A stretch of DNA of 64,000 bases. Source: Phoronis australis. Lineage: Eukaryota > Animalia > Phoronida. Positions 25,123 through 38,388 of the stretch are shown here, piece after piece. The stretch spans positions 473,585 to 537,584 of the forward strand of contig NMRA01000058.1 of NCBI GenBank assembly GCA_002633005.1, in the 5' to 3' direction. Within the stretch, counting starts at the first letter, position 1, and every line of letters begins with the position of its first letter. The notes beneath the pieces were generated by a model. It was not told the origin of the DNA. It searched no databases and saw only the letters and a list, made by a program, of their open reading frames with translations. Made by a program: the position numbers and the translations under genes.

Positions 25123-25503
25123 CCCATACAAAAAGGAAAAGTTGAGCTTCAATTGAGTTTCAATTGAAATTCAATTAAATTTCAATAGAAAATTGAATTT
25201 CTATTGAATATGTCTATTGAATGGAAATTCAATTGGCACTTCCCTTGAAACTGATTATGCCATCAATTGAATGGCTACTGAACGGCTATTGACTTTCTGC
25301 ACTTAGAAAATTTTTAGCTGTTCTGTATTGAATGGCTATTGAATTCCAGGACTTAGAAAAATTTTGGCAGTTCGGAATTGAATAGTTATAATTGAATTTC
25401 AGGATGTCGTGGAATTGAATGGCTATTGAATTTTAAGACTTAGGGAATTTCTGGATGCTCTGATTTAACAACAAGTTACCAGCAATATTTATTTTAAACA
25501 TGT

Positions 25504-26493
25504 TGTCACGTTTTTCCCCGTGTGTGGGTGGGCGCAGGTTGTTACAGACTGGTGCTAATAGCTTTCGGTGCGACGATTGACTGAAGACTGGTTCGAGTTA
25601 ATCCTTTATTAATCCTGACCATATGTTCACAAGCCTACTCAAACAAAATGTCCGACGTAATGTCTGTTTATGCTCCAGCCAGTGCTGCGAAGCCTTGACT
25701 TGTGATGAACTTTTGAGACACGTTCAGCAACTATTACACTCGTTGATTCAATAACCTGCTATCTCTATAGCCGGTACTCTATTGACTATCGCTGTAACTG
25801 CTGATTCTCTTCACTGCAACTCAAATGCAATTCTCCTGATTAACTTTCTTGAACTGACTTGATCTTCTCTTGAACTGACTTGATCTTCTCTTGAACTGAC
25901 TTGATCTTCTCTTGAACTGACTTGATCTTCTCTTGAACAGGCTTGATCTTCTCTTGAACTGACTTGATCTTCTCTTGAACTGACTTGATCTTCTCTTGAA
26001 CTGACTTGATCTTCTCTTGAACTGACTTGATCTTCTCTTGAACTGACTTGATCTGCTCTTGAACTGACTTGATCTTCTCTTGAACTGACTTGATCTGCTC
26101 TTGAACTGACTTGATCTTCTCTTGAACTGACTTGATCTTACTAACACAAACTCGTGCTTGTGTATTTATAGCCTAATGCATTGTTCTGGAACTTTACATC
26201 AATTCAAGCACATTCTAGAACTTTCATGAATCTACCCAACCATTTTACAAACATGCACTAGTCTCTAGAATATTCCAGACTGCATTAATCACTGTCATGC
26301 TAGAGTCTTCTAGGAAGTTCCACACTATACTGTAGTAAACAAATTAGATCATCACTGTTCTAACCTCAGTCTTCTAGAAAGTTCCACACTATTTTGTAGT
26401 GAACAAATTACATCATCACTGTACTTAACTCAGGGGTCAGAATAACAAAACAAAACAATACAACTAAAAATACTGTCAGACTATATTCTGACA
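25504..26493 (-). mobile_element. Solo LTR (990 bp) nested in the CACTA-like element
   Basis: TGTCA...TGACA ends; 5-bp TSD CATGT (25499-25503, 26494-26498); empty site seen in the sister element at ~32130; minus-strand TATAAA (~26165) and AATAAA (~25605). Confidence 0.8.
25847..26138. repeat. 21-bp tandem array (TTCTCTTGAACTGACTTGATC)n, ~14 copies, inside the solo LTR
   Basis: Near-perfect units visible. Confidence 0.97.
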
Positions 26494-26668
26494 CATGTGT
26501 TACCAAATCGTTGTCCAGGTTACATTCCTGGAAAGTGACCTTTAAGATTTTCAAACCCTTTCAAACGGTTTTGGTCCAGCATACACTCTGCATGGATAGT
26601 GAAGAACTGATAGATTAAATGGTGAGTTTTTGATTTCAACATTGTATTTTTGTCAATTTGATTGTTAA

Positions 26669-27918
26669 AGTCCTGGTCTCACACGTTGTTAACCCTTATT
26701 ACATGGTTAGATGATGTTAAGGATCCAAGAAGTACCTACCCCATAACTAATACACGATACGTACTCGAAAAAAATTTATTCACTCACGATTCGCACCCGA
26801 AGAACCACCGCCATTTTGAACTTGCCGCGAACCCAGAAGTACAATTCATTCAGGAACCCAGGCCGAGAAAACACCATCAGTGCGACTGGAGCAGTGCCTG
26901 TACTGTTACCAGCCAGCAAACGGGGATAAAATAATCGACAGCACGCCTTAATTTTAATAAAATCAAAATACGGACAATTTTATCGAATTTGCTGAAGAAA
27001 TGTGGCAAATCAATTTTGACAGAAATTATTTTGCCAGACTCGGGAACGCAGCCTATCGGACCCGGTGCCGATCGAGACCAGACACTGGCGAACGGTAAAC
27101 GCATGCGGTTGCAAGCTGTTTTGTCGAAGTAAAATGGTCAAATCATAAATACTGCTTATATTCAAGGGTAGTTTCAGACACTTGCATGAAATTACAAGCT
27201 GGTTAGTCCTGTGTCACACTGCCGCGGCAGACCTTAGTTAGCTTCAGTGCCAGCTACCAGTGAAGACCATCGTCAAAATATAGCTTGATAGTAGGCCTAT
27301 ACAGCTTTGCGCCAAGGCTACCCTTAGGTCTAAGTGGTCGCTGGCCACAGCGCTCGCTCAAACGAGGTTTATTTAGAACTTGGGTACTTCTGGCGAACTG
27401 TGCAGAGTTGTTGGCTTTCAATAGAGATTTTCCCAGACTTTGTATGAGCACACCAAGCCTAAAAGAATGTGGGGAGGCTGGAATTTTTGGGAATGTCTAT
27501 CTTTTACTATAAGATTCAGTGGGTATACTCAGAGCTATGAATTGCAGACGCTATATTTTGGTACTTCCCGTCTTGTAGTGGAACATTGTCTCATTTTCTA
27601 CTTTTTTCGGAATTCGTGCTTCTGTGACTGAGGCAGACCTTTTTCCAGTAAAATAATGAAGACTTTTCGAGCAAGCGATAGCACATTCAGTTACAAGGAA
27701 AAAATGGCGGCGTTCAGGACAAGTTCCTGAACTGATGAGCCAGAAATGTGAGTACGGAAATAACCGATTATACGCTCACAGAGAAGGGTCAAATACTGTT
27801 AAAATCGCTTTTCGCAAGAAAGGCGAAAAGAATATAAAGAAAGGGTGTCGAAAATAAGAATTTATGTAGTAAGTATTTTCGGATACTTGAACCACATGGG
27901 CAGTTTGAGAGCAGGACT
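26669..27918 (-). mobile_element. Kolobok-type family A copy 2 (internally deleted, 1.25 kb)
   Basis: Same TIRs; TTAA TSDs at 26665-68 and 27919-22; internal deletion junction near 27648. Confidence 0.88.
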
Positions 27919-30884
27919 TTAAGTGACATTTATGTTTCACTAATGAATGAGTAGCTTTAGTCTTGCAAACAAAACGGAAATTTTTTTAACTGATTCAATT
28001 GATTAAGGTTATGGAAATTAAGTAGTAGAGCACAGATTTCAAAATGAGTTGGGTGACAGGTCAAAACCTGCATGTGCATGTAGCTGCCAAGACAATTGTC
28101 AGTTAATCGTTTTTATTTACTTTAATTACTTGAGACTTAGAAACACGTTTTTATGATTCTCTGTTAAAATTCTCACATCAGAGCAATTGTTTGATTGAGA
28201 GAAGTAAATTTTTATTTTGGCTACATGAACTGAAACTAAATAATTGAGATATAGGCACTAAGTAAGAGATGTATTGGATATTAGAGGTTTGCCATTGCCA
28301 CCCGTCATCTACCCGTAGTGTCTCTGCAGTATGGTTTAACTGTTCTGCTCATAGGACTAAAAATCAAATTTCAGCTATGAGTTAATGAGATGATAGATAT
28401 TTGGCTATCACAAACAGTACAAATTGGAAAGTGAAATAGTACTCACCTTTGCTAAGGAGTTAAGACCCTATTGAGTGACATAAGCTACTTCGTGAAAGCC
28501 ATTCAAACCGTCACAATACTGCAGAGGTTATGAGTTTGAAGCCTTTGATAAATGTATGTTGGTGCTGGACGATATTCCCACGTGCCAAATAATGTAAAAA
28601 ATTTAAATTGCATTTACAATGAAACACTGTATTCATAGATGTAGGTACTATTATGTTATGAGAAAGTCACAATGCTTTGTAATCATTATTTTTCTTCAGT
28701 GAATAGACTTCCAACAAGTTTCCTGGTAGTTTTCGTATTTCTGGAGTTTTCATTAGTGTATCGAATAACACCCTTATTAATGCTCTTAGTCAAAAGCATA
28801 TTAAATTTTCTAAAGACTATGGCTAATTATCTAAGAAAGCATTCATGTATTTCGTGAGCAACAAGCTCAATACAAAATTCAAATTTACTTAATTTATTTC
28901 ATAACTTCTAACTGGATATTTCTCAACTTTTTTAGTACAGAAGAAGACTTTGAAAACATGCATGATGAAGTGAAAAGACTGTTATAACTCTTGGGAGCTA
29001 ATGCTCACTGACCCACCAACACTGTGCTGGTCATCAGTTCCTGTTGTGAACAGAATCAGTGCTCTGAAAAGTGCGGACTCCAGAGTTCTGCAGAGACCAT
29101 GAAAGGCTGTACAATGCCGACATTTAAAGATTTGGTATCACATGTGGACCGTGCTTTTCAGACAACTAATATTTTGCTGCTATAGCTATGTATGCCTGAA
29201 ATTATTTTTTATCTTATCGCCTACATTTATTTAGCTAACTGGATATAAAATACTCATTTACCCTTCAACGTATGGATGTGTTCAACCAGTTCATAGTGTC
29301 ATATGATTATTTCATGTACGAGGCTCAGCATACAAATGTTGAAAAAAACAATCTACAATTAGTCAGCATTAGATTCTTCAAAATGTTTACAAAGGCTGCT
29401 ACTTTTCAAATGCCTAAGGCTCTGTTTTTGTTTTTCTTTGATTGATGCTGTATGATAACTGTAATATTTGTGCAAGTTTCGATTTCACGTTTCAAAATGT
29501 TCAGTTGTCTATGATTTGATTTTATTCGTGCATGCGAGGTTGTTGAATGAAGATTGTGAACTATTCTTATCTCTTGAACAGGTTAACAACAATACATCCT
29601 ATTTTTGAAAGTTATTTTTTGAAAATACTTAAAATTCAAATTATTCTGTATAGTTAGAAAAATTGAATGGCCATTGAACGGCTATTGAACGCCTATTGAA
29701 TGGTTATTGAATATGGGATGATCCTGTACTGCATGGAGAATTGAATGGCTATTGAACGGCTATTGAATTCTTATTGAATGGCTATTGAATATGCTAATGA
29801 ATTGAATCAATTCATTTACATGGCAAAAACTTCAATTAAATTTCAATTGAATCTCAATTGAACCTCAATTGAGTTTCAATTCCTATTCCACCTGAAAGTC
29901 CAGTGTACTTTTTCGTATGGGTGCCGGTCAAGCGGAAAGTGGTGTTGCAATTGCTGAGAAAATATTGCTACAGAACGATCCCGTGATGGCTTTGTTAAGC
30001 TATCCACACCAGTTTCAGCGACTGGTTTTAGTCCGTCCAAGTTGTTAATGGGTCGCGAACTCCGAACTGACATACCGACCATGCCCAATCAACTTCAGCC
30101 CCGGTGGCCAGACAAGGAAACTGTATCGAAATGAGTTCAACACAGCAAGACTATAAACGTCAGTTCGACCAACGTCATGGTGTTTCACCTCTTCGGAATC
30201 TAGAAGTTGGCAGTAAAGTTCGTGTTAAACATGACGGCAAAAAACAATGGTCTCAGCCTGCGACTGTCGTTCATGCATGCGCACGGTACGCCGAGATCGT
30301 ATATTGTACGTACTGAAGATGGTAAAGAATACCGCAAGAACAGACGTCATCATCAGAGCATACCGATACAACCATCACGTACGCCTGAGAAAACGCATTT
30401 GTCGAATTCAAAAGTATCTCCAGCAGAATCATGCAGTCTGCAGCCAGCAGACAGCTACGAATGTGTCATCTGATATATCGTCTACTGTGGAATCTTCGAA
30501 TCGCCCGACACAATCAGGACGACAGATCAAGGCGACTGTTTGGTCCAAAGATTATGTTTAGATTTAGGTACTAGTAGTTTATGTGCGAGGCAGTGTTGGG
30601 TTAAGAATGATACCCGCCTTGACACGACATTCCTTAAGGTAGTCCACCCCGGGTTTATAATATAGGCTTAGGCTTATAGAGTAATTGTTTAGTCGGTATT
30701 TTATAGCTACTTGTTTTATTTAGATACACTTTCATACGACTTGTTTGCTTGCGAAGTAACGTATCGGTATTAGACTGGATATTTGGACAATGACAGTTTA
30801 TGCCATAGTGTCATGACATTGAGTACATGAGTACTTAGTTCAGACACTTGGACAATGGTTGCTTGTTTAACATTGTTAAATCTC

Positions 30885-30974
30885 GGAGGGGAGATGTTCC
30901 ATAGTTGTATGGCTTCTTGTTTAGTATTTTGTGTTTTTGAGTTAACCTGGCAGACGGCGCTCAACAACTAAACA
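30885..30974 (+). repeat. Polypurine tract plus 3' LTR (LTR 30895-30974)
   Basis: ggaggggaga directly before tgttccatag...ctaaaca, followed by TSD gtcat. Confidence 0.93.
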
Positions 30975-31766
30975 GTCATCACCTAGCTCCACCCCCAAAT
31001 CGAAATCCCTTCAAAACTCCAACAAATGGTTTCTGACCTTCATAAATTTACATGCATTTACACCATTGTCAGACGATTGACTGTGGGTTTGTTTAAAAGG
31101 TAGCTATGCTTTGAGATTGTGCATAGATGGACACTGAATAATCAAATCCAGTGATTAATTTATTATATGACAACCCCTAATTAGACAAGTGAAACCTGTT
31201 GTTAATTATAAGTATTTAATCAACTACAAAGAAGAGTAATTACGCTAGCACCCTCTTGAAAGATTACCTCAGTCATGCAACCAAAATAATCAAATGTCTC
31301 ATCTGCTATCCAAGCTATAGGACTCTCCACTTGTTGGATGACTGTCCTGTTGGTGAATCTTAGAACTACACACACTGTATAGCGACAGTGTACTTGCTGG
31401 TCACCGTCTCTGGTGATGCAACTCTTGCAGGCAATTTCTTCAACCCGCGATTCTTCTTGCTGGTCGCAAGTCTCTGGCTCAGTGACGCAACACTTCAGGT
31501 AGTTTCTTAATTATGCAAGTGATAAGCTCTTAGTTAACTTCCTGTTCGTTAACCCTTGCCCTTGCCAAGATCCTTTCTAGAATCTTTCACGAGATGGCTC
31601 TGTCGTACAATTAATTTTCCTCTGTACACTATAGCAAATATACTTCAACTACTATAGCTCATCTGACTGATGACTTAAGCTCATATTATAATCTTCTACT
31701 TATTTAGTGATTGGTTAATAAAAACCTCATGATCATATCCAATCATATCATTGGCTGTTACAGTTT

Positions 31767-32200
31767 CCCATACGAAAAGGAAAAGTTTAGTTTCAATTGA
31801 GATTCAATTCAAATTGAAGTTCTATTGACTATGTCTATTGAATGAAAATTCAATTGGCACTTCCCTTGCCGTCAATTGAATGGCTATTGAACGGCTATTG
31901 AACGGCTATTGAATTTCTGCACTTAGAAAATTTTTAGCTGTTCTGTATTGAATGGCTATTGAATTCCAGGACTTAGAAAAATTTTGGCCGTTCGAAATTG
32001 AATAGTTATTGAATTTGAGGACTTAGAAAATTTCAGGATGTCGTGGAATTGAATGGCTATTGAATTTCAAGACTTAGGGAATTTCTGGATGGTTTGATTT
32101 AACAAGTTACCAGCAATGTTTATTTTAAACATGTGTTGCCAATTGGTTGTCAAGGTTACATCCCTGGAAAGTGACCTTTAAGATTTTCAAACCCTCTCAA
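31767..32200 (+). mobile_element. Truncated second copy of the CACTA-like element (left end only)
   Basis: Starts cccatacgaaaaggaaaag and matches 25123-25503 plus 26499-26560 without the solo LTR. Confidence 0.8.
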
Positions 32201-34132
32201 AACTTTCCTGATAAAGCTCTGAACAACTGTTGAAGTATTGTCTGAGACAAAATCAGAGTAATATTGGGTGTTTCACCATGATTCATGCTTCATTGTCACC
32301 AATTTGTCTCTTTATTGTAATTATTCAGTGTCAGGTAAGGGACTGTCGTAAAAGACATTTAATGAATTTTACCCTTTTTGAAAAATAATCTTGCATCAAC
32401 GGCGCACAATACCGGGGCTGTGGACTATAGCCCCCACTTATTTTGTTGCTGCACAGCCTATGTCTTGATGTTAGAAATTCGAATTTTGTTGCACGAGACA
32501 TTGCTACAGTGGACGAACATATTAGTGTACCCTCTGGCACCGTCAGCAGATCTCGGGCAGACACAGCATGTGGAAGCTCGTGTGCCAACTTTCCCGGTCA
32601 GCTGTAGTTATGCTCTGATCGGCCAAACTGAAAAATAATTTGTGATTCTAATGTTCGATCGTCTGCATTCCTGTCCTGCTATGGGACAAAATGACCATTG
32701 CCTTTCTTTGGTGCTTCGGAGGTCCATCTGAGGTCCATCTTTCAGAAAACGAGTGTTGCTCCTGACTCGATTATATAACGTATTCGCCGTAATAACCGCT
32801 CATGCCCCATATAAGCGCCCCCCACGTGTTTTCAGACTGTGCAGAAATAAGCGCCCAGTCCATGAACGTGTACATGCGAACAATGACATACCTGCTGTTA
32901 TAAAACTCGGCTACAGTAACGTCTTCAATTTATCAAAAAAAGTTTTGCACGGGTCTTCTAGACCACCAGCGGCACTGCTACGTTTGTATTTAGCCGTGAC
33001 TATACACTTCAAAGTAACGCAGTGCTTCAAAGAGAACGCAACAACGCAACAACCGTGTCCAACTATGGTCTGACCTTTCAGTAGACTCATCGACTGACTC
33101 ATGAATAAAAATAACTCGGTGTTAAACGCACGTGGCCAGGAAGCGCGCGCTACATATATGAACCTGTCATCAAAGACAATAATCGGGAACTATCCATTCA
33201 TGAAACGGGTAGCATAGCATCGGTAAGAAATGAATATTGGCACTAATTTCCGACAATTTCTCATACTATAAAACATGTTTGCGTTATTTTTGAGATGGAT
33301 TGTTTGATTAACCATAACTGGTATTTTTAAACCGAATATCCGATAAAATGACAACTGACAGTGAATGCTTACACACCCTTACACCGAAAATAACTGTCAG
33401 ATAGTTATGTACGCATCCAGCTACACGGCGGCTAATATGGGCCTTGCCAAGACAAATGTCGAACGTTTTTAGCACATTAGACCGGCAAGTGCTGAATGAA
33501 ACATGCTCAGGTTTAGGATGTGGGGGTCATGGGAGTCAAGGGGTTGTGGGTCGACGGGGTCATGGTTCGAGGGGACCAACGGATGTGGGGGTCGGGAAAG
33601 TCGAGGGGGTTTTAGAACAATCCTTCTCTGAAGCTTTACTGCTCATAGTTGAAATAGATTTTACCGCTGAGAGGCATATTCTAAAACAAAAAAATCAAAA
33701 TGAACTACAGGAATTCTGGAAACCATGGGAACCCATCTTTGTTGACTACGTTATCCATTGACCGATATTGTGCATATATTACACACCTAAAAGAGGTCTG
33801 AACTACATGTTTCAGCATTTTAATATGAATTTTGAATGTATAAAGGTTGGTTACTGGCATCCCCATATTCCTAAATAGTGCACAGTATTTTTCTTTAATT
33901 TTTACTTTGAAAAATAAAAACTTATTAGTTTCGTAAAGCCCCACTGCAAGCGCTGTTTTTCGTGACATCACTGAGGCTGTACAGCACAAAGAGATATTAG
34001 TCATTAGCCGTGCAAGTACGTAGTCCAATCGACAGATCAAAATGTGCATACTCACAACATTTTTCGTTTTTCTTTCCTGTCCCTTACAAAAATGAACTTA
34101 AGTTTTCATCGAAAAACTTAAGTTTTTGGTCT

Positions 34133-34895
34133 GAAATGAACTACCCGGGCTGTGTGAAATTTCTGGGTCTAACGGAGACACTGACGCAATGGTCAGCCAG
34201 CTCGCTGTATCACGACTATAGTCAAAATCCAAATTCGTTTTATCGTGTCCCTCAATAATAACGGCATGCTAAAGTTTCGTAATTTTCGTACTTCAGGAAC
34301 ATTACAATCACGTGTTTTGTACACATACACGCACGCCGCAGATCACATCTCGGAAATTGCCGATTTGATGGATGACAATGAATGAGCACAATGACATTAA
34401 ACAACATCGTTTTACAGCTTGTAAGATTCATAATAAACGTATTTTGAATATTGCAATGCATGTGTTCCAAAATCTAAATAACTTGGATCCTATATTTTTG
34501 TATTCGTGCGTGCCGATTGAAAGTAATCGTGAGTGATGCTGTGTTGCAAAATCTCTTATCCTGGGCCGATTTGAAAAATTCAAAGTTGTACTCATATTTG
34601 TTTTCCCTCCTCTTTTCAAATATTACAGTAAAAACTACTTAAAACTTTCTCCATAAGAAGTACAGTCTGCTAGGTAGATTGTAATCAGCTGATCATATCC
34701 GCATGAGCGAAGCCAATTATCCTCGCTCGTGACTCGATGAATAGAGCAGCTTGGCGGCATCCCTTTGATCGTGAGCCGAGCACGACTCAGCCAAGGTGGA
34801 TAAATACGATCTAGTTCAATTTTCCAAACCCCACCGTTTACCTTGACAAGCGGGGTTTGGACCAATCTTATTTAGTGGGACTGTTTATAGCATGG
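34133..34895 (-). mobile_element. Family B copy 2 (partial)
   Basis: Reverse-complement similarity to ~8400-9150 and ~50520-51220. Confidence 0.8.
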
Positions 34896-34999
34896 TAACA
34901 AAAAATTCAAGGACGAGTAAGAAGCCAAAAAATCATGGAATGTAAGATACTTGCAGAAAATTCCTTTCATTAAGTAAAAAAATCTGAACGTGTAAGATA

Positions 35000-35585
35000 C
35001 CTGGTTTTCACCAAGTTATAAAGACCAACTTTTTAGAATGTGTGGAGTTTCATAGGGTATTCATCTATTCTAATTTTTTCATAAATAAGTGGGCATGTGG
35101 TCCAGTGGTGGAGGTACATTCTTCATTAAAAATTCAGATTTCAAGGATGTTTACAAAAAGCGTGTCAAACTCATAATGATCCAACTGCCAAGTGAAACTT
35201 GCAGGTACAAAGGGTTTTCTGAAGAAGGCTTGTGGCGGCAATTTCTCAATTTTTCTCTTTGCGGATCCAATAGCTCCACTATCATTCAAGAAATTTGGTA
35301 TGTGGATAAATCTCACAAAGTGTTGGTGGATAGGGCTTACAGGTCTTGAGATATTCAACATTTTTTGAAAACTACTCTGTCGAATGATTCATCACTGCAA
35401 TTTTTTGGTTTACCACCTATTGTACAGTTATGTTCTTTTAACATCGTTGATAACTCAATCATTTTCATCATTTATGTCATATTCATTATCAATATCATCT
35501 TTATCATTAATGGCATGTTCATAACACTTAGTCATCGTACACTTTGCATCCAATTTCACCAAGTGTTGTGCAAAGCTGTGTTAAT
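35000..35585. mobile_element. Diverged Helentron-like element related to 1923-3095
   Basis: Contains the subTIR aatttcaccaagtg (~35552) and the ATC-rich core in inverted orientation. Confidence 0.4.
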
Positions 35586-35777
35586 TATAACTTTTGTCTT
35601 AGCCGTTCTTAATTGTTATTGCATTGTTTATCATTCAATTTTGCCAGGTGTTGTTCCCTTCAAGCACATTCATTTTATTAGTTATTCTTGTTTAGAGAAA
35701 TACCTAATAAATGGAAAATTTGAATGTAAAAAAGAAAACGCCACACAAATTAAAAGATTAATAATGTCGGACTATAC

Positions 35778-35834
35778 CTGAAATCTGTTGCCTTTCCTTT
35801 TCTATTAACTTGACAAACTGCTGATTCTCAAACT
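35778..35834 (-). CDS. SIX6OS1: Coding exon 2 (57 nt, phase 1-1) of SIX6OS1-like gene: (E)FENQQFVKLIEKERQQIS(A)
   Basis: Acceptor tgttttgtcattgcag and donor CAG|gtatag on the minus strand; open frame; gapless match to the recalled human segment FQYEQDISTKEEMIQRINK. Confidence 0.72.
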
Positions 35835-37677
35835 CTGCAATGACAAAACAATCATGGCATGGTGCATTCAATAAACAATGGGGCACCTGAAGGAATTTCA
35901 CTCACACAAGGACGTTGCGCCCAAGTCAGATGACAATTGTCAGTTTGGTCAGCAGCCATGGATGGTAAAAATAGAATCTGTTATGAATTACTCGAATCAT
36001 GCTGTAAACATGGCAAAATCCAACTGCTGCCTTAGGCGGCCGTATGGTAACTGGCCCAATATAAGTTGCACATCCAGCAGAATTAATGAGGAACACTTTA
36101 TTGCAACATTAAACAAATCTTTTAGGTTGTAAAAGTTGCATTTCTTGTCGAATTTTCAAAATTTAAATACCTCACCACATAAACATTTCATGAACTATTC
36201 AAATATGCAATTTTAAAAATGTTCAAATTAAAAATTTAAAAACACTTCTGTCGCACCTGAGTGTTTATGATGCACCTGATTATCTAGAGAACAATAATAT
36301 CAGTATACCGAGGTGATTTAATTAACCACAAAAACATGTTGTCTTTGACCTAAACCAGCAGATTCTGAGGTACGTAAACCGGTCAAGTTGCCCAATATTG
36401 ACCAGTCATGATGTCAACGTAGGATTCTTTTCATGCAATTAATTACTGATTAACTAAAAATTACAAACATTGGTTTGGTATTGAAGATAAACAACATGTT
36501 GCTAGGATTTACAAAAGATGATCATAATTTACAATATGACATGGTTCATTCTTTTAGAAATGAACTAAACTATGTTACGGCAAAAACACACGGTTACCAA
36601 ATTAGATGTCAATAGATTTTAAGACACCGTTTATCACCCGGTTGTGTCGAATTCAGGGTGTAGCACACTAACGGGAAAAGTGTGGTAATCTGCTTGTGAC
36701 GAAACACTTGTCGTGAAGACCAACTATGCCTAGTTTCAAAGTTAATAAGATAATCCAAGCAATAGATGAGAACTGGGTCGATGAGCGAAGGCTGACTTCC
36801 AAGTTCCGTTGACAATCAAAATCTGCCAGTCCATCAGCGTTCTGTCGTTCAGTAACTTTTCCAGACGAGAGGGGTGCTGAACATGCGATAACATCTGGCT
36901 CTTTTGTTAACTCCCCAGCTCAGTCTTTTGTCCCGTATGATAACAAGCAGGCCAATTATCTCCCAGGCTTCAAAGGAAACGTATGGAGGTTGCACGCTAT
37001 TACCGAACGTGTATGAACACAGTCAAACCCAGTGCGGCGTTGGTAATCCGTTTGGACAGAACAGGTTGTCTTAACGTCCGTCGTTGTTGGGCGATTTTGA
37101 CGATTCAAAAACGGAACATGATCAGCATTTGACGAGGAATTCATAAATGCTATTGGTTTAAGCTCAAATATGTTGTAACTTAACTTTCATTTTTATCAGC
37201 CCAGCCCAGTCAGGCTAGATACGATCTGGTCAGAGATTAGAGAAATTATCAAACAAAAGAGCGCAAGCCCTCCAACCATGAATGCCAGCATGGAGTTAAT
37301 CAGTCCTGTAAGATATTGGCTAAGGGGGTAAACTTCCTAACTTGTTGTTGGGCTATAGAATCAAACAAGTTAGGAGCAACGGGATGTCGCTATCATGGAC
37401 TTGGCACTTCAGGCTTAAAAATGAAATCAAAACATAGCAACCCAGCAGGAAACAAAACATTTAGTAGACTGGAGTATTAACGATATAACGACAAAACAGT
37501 TATGGAATATATTTTTAAAACCAATGATTGTTTGGAAATGACCCTTTGTCAAGATCAATACAAATTGCCTTTTTTAGTTAAATGTACCATATCAAAACTG
37601 TATTTTCCACATATTAGCCTGCAATTCTGTGAAAATGTCAGAGAAAATTGATTTCGGTGTAATAACCACCACCACTG

Positions 37678-38388
37678 GCCGGGTGAGAATTTGACACGTT
37701 TGACACATTCTAAAACGTGGAGTATTGGAACGCCCTAAAAGCGTGTCAAACGTGTAAAACGTGGCGTGTTAAACGTGTAAAAGTGGCTTGTCGAACGGGT
37801 AAAATGTAGCGTGTCAAACGTGTCAAAATTTTTGTTCTAATACTCTACGTTTGACATTCTAAGCGTGTCAAATGTGGCGATAAGCGTGTAAAATGTGGCG
37901 ATAGCGTGTCGAACGTGGCGTGCCAAAACGTGGCAAAAACGTGTCATGTTTGTTCCAATACTCCACGTTTGACATGCTCAGCGTGTCAAACGTATAAATT
38001 AGACCAAACGTGGCACTTTTGAAAAGCTAGCCAAACCAACTTTAACTCTGTCAGTATTTGGATATATGAAAGGGCAGGGAAATCTTTTGTTGCAAAATCT
38101 TTGATGTTATTAAGTGAACATGTTTAGTCATTCAAATTGGGTGACTACCTCCCAGTGGTCTTTTCAGAACTGCCAAGCCTATTTAAATTGTATCTTTATT
38201 GAAGAGTTCTATCATATTTTACATGTTTGATATGCTAGCGTGTCAAATTTTACACGTTTGACACGCTAGCGTATAAAATTTTACATGTTTGACATGCTAA
38301 CGTGTCATGTTTTTACACGTTTTACATGTTAGCCTGGCAATTTTGACACTATTACACGTTTTTTACATGTGTAAAATTCTCACCCGAG
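37678..38388. mobile_element. CACTA/EnSpm-like MITE copy 2 (inverted relative to 18123-18890)
   Basis: TIRs gccgggtgagaatt / aattctcacccgag; 2-bp TSD TG. Confidence 0.75.

Larger units (their letters stand above)
25123..29921. mobile_element. CACTA/EnSpm-like non-autonomous element inserted in the Gypsy integrase
   Basis: TIRs cccatac(a/g)aaaaag; dense subterminal ATTGAATGGCT/TTCAATTGA repeats at both ends; integrase frame split exactly here; TSD not clean. Confidence 0.75.
21739..30974 (+). mobile_element. Ty3/Gypsy (Mag-like) LTR retrotransposon, decayed, with a 4.8-kb nested insertion
   Basis: 80-bp LTRs TG...CA at 21739-21818 and 30895-30974; 5-bp TSD GTCAT on both sides; PBS and PPT present; gag-PR-RT-RH-IN order. 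Confidence 0.95.

Noticed and set aside
25821-26147. ORF of (RRSSQFK)n resembling a protamine or RS-domain protein
   Set aside because: Arises from a 21-bp tandem array inside a TSD-flanked solo LTR; no ATG and almost no synonymous variation.
31082-31763. Possible second solo LTR (TG...CA, LTR-like composition)
   Set aside because: No matching TSD or terminal inverted repeat could be confirmed.
35886-35959. Nearby ATG exon (MAADQTDNCHLTWAQRPC) as an alternative first exon
   Set aside because: Its strong gtgagt donor is phase 0 and gives a stop in exon 2; the in-phase donor needs a 51-nt intron; no similarity to SIX6OS1.
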